From contig OZ024742.1 of NCBI GenBank assembly GCA_964016885.1, positions 250,108,001 through 250,172,000 on the forward strand: a stretch of 64,000 nt of DNA, given 5' to 3'. The position numbers and the translations under genes were made by a program. Within the stretch, counting starts at the first letter, position 1. The number at the start of each line of letters is the position of its first letter. This document shows positions 12,892 to 26,285 of this stretch, one piece after another. The notes under the pieces are model-generated. The model was not told where the DNA came from, ran no database searches, and was given only the letters and a program-made list of their open reading frames with translations. Source of the DNA: Eledone cirrhosa (taxonomy: Eukaryota).

Positions 12892-14811
12892 CATTGTATA
12901 GTTTTTTCAGTAGAATCTTATGATCAACCCTGTCGAAGGCCTTGCTGAAATCAAGGTAGATGACATCAGTGTTGGAGCCCTCTCCCAAGACTCTCAAAAC
13001 GTCGTCAAAGTGATGCAGGAGCTGCGTTAGGCAGTCCCTTCCATTACGGAACCCATGTTGGTTGGAGTTCAGCAGGCCGTTGCTTTCAAGAAAGTGGGTT
13101 ATTCGTGATCTCACCACCCTCTCAAATACCTTGATAATATGAGAGGTGAGTGAGATCGGACGGTAGTTCACTGCAAGGGACTTATTTCCCTTTTTGAAGA
13201 CTGAGACAACGGACTGGGAGAGAAAGTTTTCCGGAATATAGCCAGTGTCCAGTGAGTTCCTCCACAGATTAGCAAGAGGAGTTGCAAGTTGGTGTCGACA
13301 CACCTTCAGGACACAAGCAGGGAACCTGTCGGGGCCTACTGCTGAATTGTGTTTAATTTCGTTTATTGCCGCTAAGACATCAGAGGCGCCAAACGTTATA
13401 TCTGATATAGTGTGTTGGGGGTTAATATCACTGATACGTCCCAGATCGGCCATATCAGGGTTACTGAAAACAGAGCAGTATTGTTTCTGCAGTATCTCGC
13501 CCTTGTTTTGGCATAGGCCTGGATTGTGCCATTTTCATCAACTAGGGGCCAGCAGTGGAGAAGGTGACCTTGTGTTTTTTAGCGAATTGGGGTTGAGTTT
13601 GATTTTCTCAATGGCCCACCTCTCTTCAGCAATTCTCTGGTTATTGATGATGGTCACCATGCATTGCTGGAGGTTATATTTTTTTGACTCAAGCAAGGTG
13701 ATAGCCATTGAATGTGTGTATTGCTGTTGGCAGTATTTTAGTGTTAATTGTTTTTGTTTGTTTTTTTATTTTTCTGATAATTGTTTTTTCTGTTTTGGGG
13801 GATACTGCACTTGGTTTTGTTCATAGGTTTTGGTGCGGTGTGTTTTGTACATATATTTGTGACAGTGTCTACAAAGATCTGCCAAGATGTTTTGATGTTG
13901 GTAGAAGTGTGTGCGTGTGTAAAAGACCAGTCGACATGCGATAGTTCGTTCATAATTGCATCCCAGTTGGCATTGTAGAGATCCATGTTATCTAATGGGT
14001 GGGCTGGAGAGAGCACTCTGGGATTAGCTTTCGGCTGGTGGAATCTCAGGTTACAAAGACCCATGTCATGGTCTGAGAGAAGGGTTTTTTCCACTGTAAT
14101 ATTATGTATAGTGTTAGTGTGGTTACTAAACACTAGATCCAGAATGTTCTTCTGATGCCTCGTTGGTGCAAGGACAAGTTGGGACAAGAAAAACTCATTC
14201 ATGAAGTCAAGAAGTGACTCAACAGCCTCTTTGTCAGTGGTTGAGGCTGTGGAGCGTGGTTTCAAACTACACGTAGACCAATCGACACAGGGTAGATTAA
14301 AGTCTCCCATCAAAAGTATGTTGCTAGAATGGCACTGTTTAATAAAGCATTTAATACTGTTGAGGCATTCTTTGAAACAGATTATGGGTGTTTGTGGCGG
14401 CCTATAGAACCCAACTAATGTCACGTCATGGGCTTTATTGTGCACAGTGACTGATTCACAGTATCCATTAGAGAATGTTGTGTTGCCATCTACCGTAAAG
14501 GAATCATGCAGGAAAATGGCAGTTCCACCTTTCCTTCTGCCAACACAATCCGCACGGATGGTTGTAAAATTTCTCACTCTTACTTCGGTCTCCAAGTGGG
14601 AGTTGTCAAGGTGGGTCTCAGTAAGAATGAAGAAGGGGATGTGAAATGGATGGTTACCAACCCAATCCTCAATGAATTGGATCTTCCATTTCTGTGCATT
14701 GATGGATGGGCTGATACCTTGTGTATTGAGTAAGAATGTGGAGGCTAGTGTGGTGGCTGGTTTTGACTGTTGCAGGGGGCTTGCTTTGTGATTGTGTATT
14801 AGTGACAGCAA
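12892..14811 (-). pseudogene. LINE (CR1/L2 group) ORF2: APE endonuclease plus N-terminal half of RT; frameshifted and 3'-truncated
   Basis: APE motifs TETHL, FYRPP, MGDFNLP, ILDLVF, SDH (13744-14811); RT motifs GPD, NYRPISLTS, QHGFR, DVIYLDFSKAFDRVDH (12892-13453). Confidence 0.9.
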
Positions 14812-15931
14812 GGTTGGTGTTGGGTGATGGCTAAAATGTTTTTCTCTATCTCTTTTGCCAGGATCATGGCTAAAAAAGAAAGATTGTTTTTGTTCAGGGA
14901 GCAGTTTTTGATTGGATTTGTCGTTACAACATTGGATAGGGTTGCAGTTCCCTCTTTTTTTGTTGTTGTATTTGTTGTAATTGTGTCTTTGTGAAAAGAC
15001 TGGAGCAGCGTTATTTTTGTTGTTGTAATCATGTCTTTGTGAGGAGACTGGAGCAGCATTACCGCAGCAGGGGGTGGCTTTATTGTGGTTTGTGGGTTGT
15101 CATGAAGCCCCTTTTCTGTTCGTGCATTGTGTCCAAGGAAGATGAGTGAAGGGACAGTCAGTCAGCAGACATAGCCTCTCACGTTGGGAATGTTGGCAGA
15201 TTTTGGGACTGCGACATATAGGTGCAGGCAGCGTCCTTTGGTGATGGCTGGCAGTGTTAGTGCGCCTAGTACCCGGTAAATGGGTAGATATACAGTCGCT
15301 ACGTGTGCATAGCCTCTGACGTAGTGAGTAGCGGCATATTTGGGGGTTTCTAGTATGTGTAGTATGCATACAGCTCCATAGAACTTTTTTTTTATAGTTC
15401 TTTTGACTATGGCATGGCTTTGGTGGTGATGTGGGGCAGAAAGCATTGGTGGTGATGATGATGATAACAACTGTGGTAGGAGAGAGAGCAGTGGTCCATT
15501 ACTAGCAGTTGGTGTGGCAGAAGGTGTAGGTGTGGCAGGAGAAGGTGACGGTGGTGATGGTGATGGCTGAGTGAGTGGCTGAGTGATACTGTCATTTAGT
15601 ACTTCAGCGATTATGCTTGAATTCACTAGTGGTTGCTCCTGGCTTTCTGGCTGTTGTTGTTGTTGTTGTTGTGTCTGTCCATTAGAGAAAATATGTCGAA
15701 GTTTTTAAAAATGGTTTTGAATTAGTTTGAAAGAGACTTCGACGTGTTTTAGTTTGTTGTGTATCTGCTTAGCAGATCTCGTCGTAAATGTTTGGGCTGT
15801 TTTTACAGCAATTTCATTCAGATATGACGGGTTAATGATGTTTGTGACAGAGAAAACCATGTGTGTATTAAGAGGTCAAGTTCATTTTCAGACCAATTTC
15901 GTCCGTTGTGGGTTTGCTGGTCAGTAGTCAT
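14799..15931 (-). pseudogene. LINE ORF1 (frameshifted): Myb/SANT-like N-terminus, Pro/Ser/Thr linker, two CCCH zinc fingers
   Basis: From ATG 15931: MTTDQQTHNGRNWSENELDLLIHTW..(fs)NEIAVK..RSAKQIHNKLKH; ICRYSLRQRLCTRSDCISTH and ICQHSQRERLCLLTDCPFTH. Confidence 0.7.
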
Positions 15932-15984
15932 ATATATATATTTTTTTTAAATTATTATCCTTGTGTGCGTTTTAAGATATTTGT

Positions 15985-16035
15985 TAATTGATACGTGAGT
16001 GAGACTTTGGTTATTTGAAGAAATTAAAGAATCGC

Positions 16036-16075
<40 letters not shown>

Positions 16076-16640
16076 TCTCTTATGGATGTGAGTTTGGTTG
16101 TTTGAGGATGTTAATAGTTTTTGGTTATTTGGTTGTTTGAAGATATCCAAGGAAAAACGAGTGTATATAATATTATTTGAAAAAACGGGTGTATATAATA
16201 TTATTTGAAGAAATTAAAGAATCGTGTATATATATATATATATATTCTCTCTTATGGATGTGAATTTGGTTGTTTGAGGATGTTAATAGTTTTTGGTTAT
16301 TTGGTTGTTTGAAGATATCCAAGGAAAAACGAGTGTATATAATAGTTTGTAGTTAAGAAAATTACTTGCGAGTTTGTAAGGAAAGCTCGTGTATTTGTAT
16401 ATACTTTTTTCCTTATGTGAGTGAGCCTTTGGTTATTTGAAGATATTAAGGTAGCCTATACATATAGATGTGTATTCTCTTTTATGGTTGTGAGATTTGG
16501 CTATTTGGTTGTTTAAGGTTGTTAAAAGCTTTTGGTTATTTGGTTGTTTGAAGATATTAAGAGAAAAATGAGTGTATATAATAATCTGTAGTTATGAAAA
16601 CGTACTTACTTACGAGTTGGTAGGAAAAGCACGTGGTTAC
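15985..16640 (-). repeat. Degenerate tandem repeats in the putative LINE 5' UTR
   Basis: Recurring TTTTGGTTATTTGGTTGTTTGAAGATAT and GAGTGTATATAATA blocks upstream of ORF1. Confidence 0.6.
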
Positions 16641-16820
16641 AAGTATATATACACAAATATATGTTCGGTCAAATAGGCTTGAAAGCTGGGTAGCTGGCTA
16701 CTGACTTGGTAGAGAGCAATATAAACACGTCTGTTCACTTCAACAGTCCAAAGATATATATATTCTTTTACCTGTTTCAGCCATCCGACTGAGGCCATGC
16801 TGGGGCACCGCCCTTGTATA

Positions 16821-16923
<103 letters not shown>

Positions 16924-17078
16924 TATTCAAGTTTGTTAGTTCACCACTGGATAGAACTGGTCATTCCGTATGGTCAACCTCGAAGTAATATTATGGAGAG
17001 CACTCGACGTAATGCCACTCACCCGTCTTCGCTTGTGTTGTTGGTGTATATGTATATATAAATATATATATATATATA

Positions 17079-17393
17079 TTAATATTTGATGAACATTTAC
17101 ATGTTTTAGTTGCAATTGACTAATAAGATCGCTAGAGTGAAAAATCTTAATTCAACAACATAAAGTCTGCCTGTACGATCTAAAAAATAATAAATCAATA
17201 CTCACAGACTCATATGGGCAAAAAGCCTTGGTACCTAGACACGTTTAAAATTCAAAATACAAACTTTTTCCGCAGATCGGTCAGAACTTCAAACTTCAAA
17301 CATGTTTCACAAATTGTTGAATTAAGATTTTTCACTCTAGCGATCTTATTAGTCAATTGCAACTAAAACATGTAAATGTTCATCAAATATTAA
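17079..17393. repeat. Perfect 80-bp inverted repeat with a spacer of about 155 bp
   Basis: 17079-17158 is the reverse complement of 17314-17393. Confidence 0.85.
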
Positions 17394-17464
17394 TTTATAC
17401 TGCTCAGAAGCGATTCCTAGAGCTGAAATGATTGTAAATGACCCCATTGAGTCTAAACTCTAAG

Positions 17465-17503
<39 letters not shown>

Positions 17504-17507
<4 letters not shown>

Positions 17508-20259
17508 GCAGTTATTGTTATACATGTTATCGCCACTTTAGCAGGGTGGTAGAATCAGTGGTCGTTACTTTAACAGGGTAGATGATTGAAGGTCGTTAGT
17601 TGCCAGTGTGGTAAGTGATAGTATCCTCGTTGGATTATCTTGTTGACATAGACGTGAGGGAAGGTCCCTCGATCTATTTACCATCTATTTACAATATTCC
17701 TTTCGTCAGGTCGCCAATTCCAGCAGCATGGATTAAAGTTGTTATTGAGACACGAGTAACATAATAACGACTTCAACCGCAGTAATTAGAGATGAAATGT
17801 TTGTTTATTTATATGGTTGAAGTTACAGATAAAAAGAGGTTACAAAAGGGAATGTGCCATTGCGCCGTTAAGCCGGCGAGGCTAGGGTGCAAAATCTCAC
17901 TGCTACATTATGCGTGTTGCTGGCTCGAAGTTTCTGGTACAAGAGAGAGATTCTTCAAATCTTCGCGGGGAATTTCTTCCTCAGGGCGCGTAGGGATACA
18001 TCCTCTTCTACTGGCGCTGATTGGCTGAACTGAGCCAAATCACGCACAGAGAATGTATGTGAGCCCGCGGAATGTAGGTCACTACATCACCTCCAACCAG
18101 ATTTTCAGCCGAAAATCGATAACGAAGAAACCAAGGACCCACATATTATTGAATCAGCAAGAACAAATGCTGAAAGAGCACATCAGTGAAAAAATAATTG
18201 AGCAGAAGGTTGCATGCAAGAACAAAAAATTAGGCGCTACGGGCCGTGTTGAGCCGCTGTGTCAAATGACCAGTTGTTTTGTTGTTTATACGTGACCGCC
18301 AAAGGTCTAACAAAAAACGGATAAAGTCTGACGTGGGCGGAGTTGCTGTTCTTGCATTAAATGTTAATGGTAAGCGTTGTACCAGTAGCTGTGAACGAAG
18401 CTATTATGGTAGTTTACCAGTGCTGGCGAGAAAATGATGGCCCCCAGATGTATTGTCGAATGTGCTGTGGAGCCAGGAAAAAATGGCTGGTTGCTTTGTA
18501 AAGAACAAAAGGCAAGTTTAATCTGTAGGTGGGTTGCAGTGTAAATTCCATAATTCGGGCGAATCCACAGAAGTGGCCGAAATGTTGACAAGTCCAGTTC
18601 AATTTGTTGCTTTCCCAGCGAGTCGGGCAAAAACAACAATACGGATGGCCGTCATGGACGATCAGTGTGCAACGAGATGCGAAGCTGTTTGAGTTCAGCT
18701 GCAATTAGTATTCTCGTGTTGCGGTGACTGTTTGAATCCAGTGGATTAAGCTCTGTGAGCTGCTAGCATGTGACAGCATCTCAACCAGGTGAAAAGGGAC
18801 TCGCAGAATATTACGTTTGAAGAACATATACCAAGAACAACATGTTGCTGTGTGATAAAAAAAATGTGTGCATATGCAGGCATGTAAAACAGCAAAGAAT
18901 GTGAATGAACAAAAACCATGAGCAAGCAAATAGCAAAAGAGCACAAAACAAGTAAATGCATTCTACAAAGAAATATGTGAATGTAACAAACTGATAATTC
19001 AAAGTCAATCTAGGGGAGCAGAGAAATTGCTCAATAAGTTCAAAGTTTTTCAAAGTCAAATAGTTCACACATCACCAGTGTACAGACACTAGTTCTATCT
19101 GAAAACTGAAAAAGAAGTTTGTTAATGCCGTTAGGGGTTAGATGTATGGTATTTTTGTGAGATTTCGTGGCCATCTTACCGTCCCGCCACACGGTAGTGT
19201 TGCTTATTGTTAAAGTAATGTCAAAGAATCTTCTGTAGAGTAGGAGTCACCAAATATGGCAGTCACGTCTGACCCCATAATGGTGAGAAAACTACTGTCT
19301 CAATTTCTCGCGTCCCTGTGGTAACGAGACAGAAGGTATGGTGGTTGCGTCGGTAAAGTTACAAGCCGTTTCGAAATTTCCGATGTGTGGTGGTTGGCGT
19401 CGGTAAGGTTATGAAGCTGCCACTCACTGTTCCCTGTATTGGTCAGTGGTTAAACAACGCTGTCGCTGCTGCTGTCATTGTTGTTGTCAAGCGTAGCCAT
19501 GACATGTCGGTAGCCATCTTGAAATTTTTTTCGTGGCGAAAAAGTTTTTGAAATACTGCTAATTTTTCAAAAATCTTAAAAGGAATATTCTGGATTTTCG
19601 CATGTTGCGACGTGGCAATAAAAGTTAAACTGAATGAATAAGAAGGGCTGCGTGATATTCTTACGTCGGTCACCACTTTAGCAGTTATTGTTATAGATGT
19701 TATCGCCACTTTAGCAGGGTGTTAGAATCAGTGGTCGTTACTTTAACAGGGTAGATGATTGAAGGTCGTTAGTTACCAGTGTGGTAAGTGATAGTATCCT
19801 CGTTGGATTATCTTGTTGACATAGACGTGAGGGAAGGTCCCTCGATCTATTTACCATCTATTTACAATATTCCTTTCGTCAGGTCGCCAATTCCAGCAGC
19901 ATGGATTAAAGTTGTTATTGAGACACGAGTAACATAATAACGACTTCAACCGCAGTAATTAGAGATGAAATGTTTGTTTATTTATATGGTTGAAGTTACA
20001 GATAAAAAGAGGTTACAAAAGGAAATGTGCCATTGCGCCGTTAAGCCGGCGAGGCTAGGGTGCAACATCTCACTGCTACATTATGCGTGTTGCTGGCTCG
20101 AAGTTTCTGGTACAAGAGAGAGATTCTTCAAATCTTCGCGGGGAATTTCTTCCTCAGGGCGCGTAGGGATACATCCTCTTCTACTGGCGCTGATTGGCTG
20201 AACTGAGCCAGATCACGCACAGAGAATGTATGTGAGCCCGCGGAATGTAGGTCACTACA
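17504..20259 (-). mobile_element. Internally deleted Gypsy-type LTR retrotransposon inserted in (TA)n
   Basis: 583-bp direct repeats at 17504-18086 and 19677-20259 (about 6 differences seen), starting TG on minus; tRNA-Trp-like PBS TGGTGACCGACGT at 19663-19675; purine-rich tract before the 3' LTR; decayed protease- and integrase-like remnants. Confidence 0.8.
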
Positions 20260-20556
20260 TATATATATATATATATATTCTGGAGCCACTTTTCTTACAT
20301 AAAACAGGTAAAATTTCCCAAACTAATCAGATTAGAGCAAACATCACGGACGCTCTATCTCAAAATTATTTTTGTAAAGCATTAGAAATGCGCAACCGAT
20401 AAAACTTAAAACCAAAACTGAATACTAACCAATACTATTACTAATTTTTACTTATTCCTAATTAAACTATTTTTCACTGGGAACAATTTGTCAGCATTTT
20501 CTTTTCCTTTTACCAATATATCATAACTCGTGTGTTGCACCTCTATTCTTTTAAAT

Positions 20557-20595
<39 letters not shown>

Positions 20596-20868
20596 CAGAA
20601 TATTAATAAATAAAAAATATTCTCATAATCAAAATATATATTTGATTATACATATTTCCAAGGTACAATGATGTTTAAGTACGTTTTCATCAGACAAAAT
20701 CTAAGATTTGATATGTGACATACCGCTACGGTTCTGATTATTCAATTCCAGTATTTGCAGTGATTTATTTCACCAACTCTCAACGTTTTTATACCACAAA
20801 TAATATGATAAACTTAAAGAAGAAAAATTGTATTCGTTGAATAATCAACAAACCATATTAATCTTTGG

Positions 20869-20928
<60 letters not shown>

Positions 20929-20930
<2 letters not shown>

Positions 20931-22741
20931 CGAAGGAAATGTGGTAAGGAACCAGATGGACCATAACGCACCAAAGTACTCAATACTTAGGGTAGGAGAG
21001 CGGGTAATAGGAGTATGACCCCGACAGCAGAGCTCAAGCCGTTTCGATGGCTAATTCTGGACTAAATAAGAATTTTTAGCCTGGTAAATAAATAGCCGAA
21101 CTTCTCAGGGGGTAATTCCATATATGGGAAGATAGTAATTAGCAAAAGGATTGGTCGAAAGTTTGTTGTAAAGACAGATGATTCTATCATGGCATTTAGT
21201 GGGAGGTATGGGTAGCTGAACTTGCCGGTAGAACAAAGCGTTGAAAGTGAAATCTATAGAGCAGATTCTAAGGATAGTGTATAGAAGGTCGAAAAAATTG
21301 TACTAGAGAAGGGGAGGGGGTGTTAGTTGAAAGAATAGGTAAATTGAAAGGGATTAAACAAAAAAGCCATTATAAAAATGAGGAAATAAATATATAAAAA
21401 ACAATTTCTGGCCACTACTCCATCCCCACAATCACCAAATCTCTCACTGGTATTGCTAAGCTATAGAAAAGTTTAATAGGTGGAGAAAAATACTAAATAC
21501 GAGATTGTAGTGAAAGCATTTTATAAAGCCATCTTTACAGGGGTCTAACACCACTGCTATAGTTAGTAGTAATCAGCCAATGCTATCTTACAAAGACAGG
21601 TTAATAAGTTGAGGACAAAAATACTAAAAAACTAATACGAAATATTAATTCAGAATACTAATGCATAAATACTAATACAAGAATACTAATGCAAAAATAT
21701 CACTAAGAAATCTAGAAATCACGGAAATGGATCAGCAACCAGAAAGAAAGCAAGCAACTTGGGTCTAACACATCTGCTATAAAAGGCGTACTCGGCTAAT
21801 TCTATCTTACAATTAGGGGTGTGGGGGTACTGAGGCTACAGAGGACCAATGTGCTGCATCGGGGTGGGCGAAAAGGTAAAAATAAAAGACAAGAAAAGAG
21901 ATCTGGGGTGGAAGGACTAGGAAGAGATGGGGGAAGAAGGAAATATAGAGAAAAAGATTTAAAAAAAAAAAAGTTACGTCTACCTTTGTAAGCAGGGGTT
22001 ACCCCTTACAAAATCGGCAAGTGGGGTGTTTCAGCCCTTGTCTCCCCCCACCCGGTCATTATGGGGTTTGAGGGCGAGGTAAGTCCTACGCAATCTGTGT
22101 TTGCATGCAGTTACCAGTTCGTCTTGTTTAGGAGTTGGTCCTTCGAAAACAGCATTTGTAATGTTTCCTCCGAGCATAAGTTACACGGACGGCCTCCTCC
22201 CGTGTGAGAGTTAGCTCTGGACAGTAAGCTCCAAGTGAGATTGTAGCTTATATTATTATCTTTGAGGTCCCAGATGTGGCCCGAGAGTGTAGTGGCATGA
22301 CGCCGGGCCGGGTTTCGGAAAGTATGTCTGTGTAGGTAGAGCCGGGTCTTGAAGTCACAAGCGGTTAATCCTATATAAGCTTTGTTGGAGGTGTCCGTCC
22401 TCACGTTGCACTGGTAGATCATATTACGATCTCGGCATCTGTTGTTGAGGGGGGCAAAGGGATCTCTCAGGACAGTAACACCTCCTGGTCGGCTCTCCAC
22501 TGCTGTCTAGGTTATTTCTTCGATATGGGTTGAGTTTTTTGTTGTTAGAGGAGACGATGTTTTGTGCAAAGTTAGGTGTGGTGCTGTAGGAGAGTTTGTC
22601 CTTTTGACAATTACTATCTTCCCATATATGGAATTACCCCCCGAGAAGTTCAGCTATTTATTTACCAGGGTAAAAATTCTTATTTAGTCCAGAATTACCC
22701 GTCGAAACGGCTTGAGCTCTGCTGTCGGGGTCATACTTGTT

Positions 22742-22743
<2 letters not shown>
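20929..22743 (-). mobile_element. 5'-truncated PLE with GIY-YIG endonuclease and inverted pLTR
   Basis: ORF 22111-22500 MIYQC..AYIGLT..FKTR..H..CNLCSEE; 21012-21150 is inverted at 22600-22738; HHR-like motifs at 21018-21113 (-) and 22636-22731 (+). Confidence 0.85.
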
Positions 22744-22824
<81 letters not shown>

Positions 22825-23286
22825 AAATTAGAGGAATAACAAAATGTAGACAAACAAAAAGAGGGTGAAACGAAGATATTGAAAATTAAAAAAACAACGA
22901 AAGATATAGAAGGTCTTCAGTTCTTCCAAGGTCTTCAGCCATCGAGAGGGCCTTTTGGTAGTTTCAACCTCTATCGATGGTGCTACAGCTCTACCCGTGA
23001 TCCCAGCGTCTGATATATGTCAATGCGCTGTTCATGGAGTAAATGACAAGTCAAAACAATAATATATACCAAGTAAACCATAACATGTACGCTTAGAGTC
23101 TTGTGTGACGACTAAAAGGTATTGTACTGTTTACAGCAACTATAGTCTCGTGAAAAAGAAGGTAAGAAAGAAGAAAATAAAGAGAAAAAACGGCAAGAAG
23201 AAGAAAGTAAGATATCGTGTTAAAAATGTATTCCATTGAAATTATTGGAGGGAGACAAAATATGACGTTCTTCAATGTTTAATAAT

Positions 23287-23388
<102 letters not shown>

Positions 23389-24163
23389 AAGGTTAAACAA
23401 GGTTCAATGAATAAATCAATGAATAAAGTTTTACAATAGATTTTAATATAACATTTTTTTAATATAAAATAAATATAATTTAATTTGGATTACCTTGGAG
23501 ATGAAGAAAATCTTAGGTCTTTTCTTTCTGATGTTTTCAAATACTTTAAATATGATATTATACTATAATATAAATCCTTATAAATTTTATAGTCACAAAT
23601 CTTATGCCATTAATTCACTATATCTAACTAACATAAAGATTCGAAATGTAATTCGAAATTATTCATTCACAAAGCTATGCCCAAATATATATTTATATAT
23701 ATATTTTTGCATCATCTAATTATACGTTGTTTATCCATGACAATACAAATCTCCCTCACTATGTTTTATACTATAAAAATCATTTTCTCCTCCTCTCTCT
23801 ATCCTTAATCAATTTTCTTTTTTTTTTCGTGCAAAAGATAATTCTATACTTCTAGTCATTCTCTCTTTCCTCATCTGTTTCTCTCTCTGTCTTTCACTTC
23901 TTCTTTCTTCAATAATGTGTTATCCATATATTACTCTATTTAAATTATTTAAATTTCTAACAGTTATGTAGGCTTATATTATATTAGTAGTTGTTTATTA
24001 TTATGTATCTTTATAAGCTTTCTCACACGCACCCTCTGTATTATATGTAATGTTTTCATGTCTCAATCTTAAGGTATATAAATATTGAGTTTTGTCCTAT
24101 TTTATTCACTGCCATGACTGAATTTTAACCATCTACTTAGTCATGGTGTGTCAAGCATCATCT

Positions 24164-24230
24164 TATTTTATCTGAAGAGGACGTACTTTTGAAGATAGTT
24201 CAGTACCTCTGAAATATGTATAATAAAATA
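24164..24230 (+). ncRNA. Type I HHR in the AT-rich insert 23390-24270
   Basis: TATTTTAT-CTGAAGA-(stem II with GTAC/GTAC)-GAAA-TATGTA-TA-ATAAAATA; 8-bp stem I. Confidence 0.7.
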
Positions 24231-24266
24231 TACTTGATCACACGAATGTCTATATTTGTTAATATT

Positions 24267-24348
<82 letters not shown>

Positions 24349-24353
<5 letters not shown>

Positions 24354-24955
24354 TGTATGTATAGTATATTTGGCAGTATACCGTATGTTTAATTAAAAAC
24401 ATTTAGAAGACGATAAGCTATCAGTTTTAAAGTAGTGACTATGTCACTTACTTATTTTCTGTGAAAGAAGGGAGAGGGTTGACAGTCTGTTTCACGCTGG
24501 TTGGCATTCATCAGAACCACGCATTCCCCTGCTTCCGCCGAAAATTATAGAAGCTGGATTCTTATAGAATTCCAGTAATAATCAGGAGCTGATTATACAG
24601 AGCGATTGCTGGTTCAGCAAAAATTATGGATTATGATTGGTCCTCTGAAAAAGCGATGTAACCATGAATGTATGTATATATATTTGGCAATATACCGTAT
24701 GTTTAATTTAAAACATTTTAGAAGACCCTACGCTATCAGTTTTAAAGTAGTGATTATGTCACTTACTTATTTTCGGGGAAAGAAGGGAGAGGGTTGACAG
24801 TCTGGTTGGCGTTTATCAGAACCACGCACTCCCCTGCTTCCGCTGAAAAGTATAGAAGCTGGATTCTTATAGAATTCCATTAATAATCAGGAGCTGATTA
24901 TACAGAGCGATTGCCCGTCCAGCAAACATTAGGAATCAGGATTGGTGCTCTGAAA
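24349..24955 (-). mobile_element. Diverged tandem dimer (about 315-bp unit) with an HHR at 24477-24518
   Basis: Minus: GGTT-CTGATGA-ATGC caacca GCGT-GAAA-CAG a CTG-TC-AACC; the second unit from 24664 has a deleted core. Confidence 0.8.
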
Positions 24956-25150
24956 TATATATATATATACTCCGATAAATACTCCGTCGCAACCGCCGCG
25001 AAGGGCTGCTTTCGGTTATTTGTCGGAGATTTCTTCATAAGAGCCTTTATCCTTATAGCTTGGTCTAATTGATTTTTTATATGGTTAATTATGGTAATTG
25101 GGAGAGGAAACGGTATATATTTTATCTGGTGATTCTATAGACATGTTTTA

Positions 25151-25214
<64 letters not shown>

Positions 25215-25748
25215 CTGTTACATGTTTGTGCAGGTGACTTAATCAGATGCTCATACAATAATAACCGGTCAGGTATATATGCTATATACTGATACAGTTA
25301 TCTTAACTAACTTCGACGGTTGGTTCTCATTATACACATTTATTAAGAAAAAGAGGAGAGGCCGAATTACATATTCAGATATTGCTTGGACCAACTAAAC
25401 TATATATATATATTTCTTTAAGTAAAAAATATATTTCACCAATTAATCAGTAAATCACAGTAGTCAAATCCTGGATGGTCACCAAAGGAGAAGGAAATAA
25501 CTATCTGCGTTTACAAAGCAAATGCAAATCTGTGAATGACTCGAACCACGTGTTGCATTTTTTTAAAATACACACATCGCACAGCGTCATCCAAGTGGCG
25601 TGAATAGGATTATCGACAGCTAGAAATAGCAGCCGAGTCCATTCGACTGAGTTAGCTCTACAAAAAAGGGGCCGTATATATATCCAAAATTAAATTAAGG
25701 GTTGTCATGTCTGAGAGACATGCGCCATATCCACTGTAGAATAAGCTC

Positions 25749-25929
25749 AAAGATTCCAATGAATAGATCCGAGAATTTCATATCAACTAGAAATAGGTTG
25801 ACATATCTATATATATAAAATAATCATATTATTCCCTGTGATTGTTCCATATGATTATTTTATATATATATACATGTCAATCTATTTCTAGTTGATATGA
25901 AATGCTCGGATCTGTTCATTGGAATCTTT
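25749..25929. repeat. About 56-bp inverted repeat with a TA-rich spacer
   Basis: AAAGATTCCAATGAATAGATCCGAG.. is reverse-complemented at 25873-25929. Confidence 0.75.
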
Positions 25930-26240
25930 TTTTTTGTTCCTCTTGTCTTTTTGTTTTTAACTTGTTACCAACATTATAATCTCACCCGCGAGGCATGCTT
26001 CTTTTGTTATGTTGCCAATCTATATCACGTCACTTCTTTCCTAACGTGCCTTCACTCATTTTGATGTATCCCACATCGTATGCCGCTTAAAATTAGCTGG
26101 AATTATTTTCTTCCCTAAGCGTCGTGTTCAATGTGTGTACCTTTGTGCCTCCGTACCAAGCCCTAACTGGCCTTTACTAGACCCTCGACGCTGGCTTTTT
26201 TCCTTACTTAGAGTACGACCTGAATTATATAAATATTCGG

Positions 26241-26285
26241 ATGTCACTGATGACAGATAAAAATCCAGAAACAGCTTTCTGGCAT
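26241..26285 (+). ncRNA. Degenerate minimal HHR
   Basis: ATGTCA-CTGATGA-caGAT aaaa ATCca-GAAA-CAGCTt-TC-TGGCAT. Confidence 0.6.

Noticed and set aside
22900-23280. Possible GIY-YIG remnant and CTGAAGA motifs
   Set aside because: Too degenerate; no complete HHR or clear reading frame
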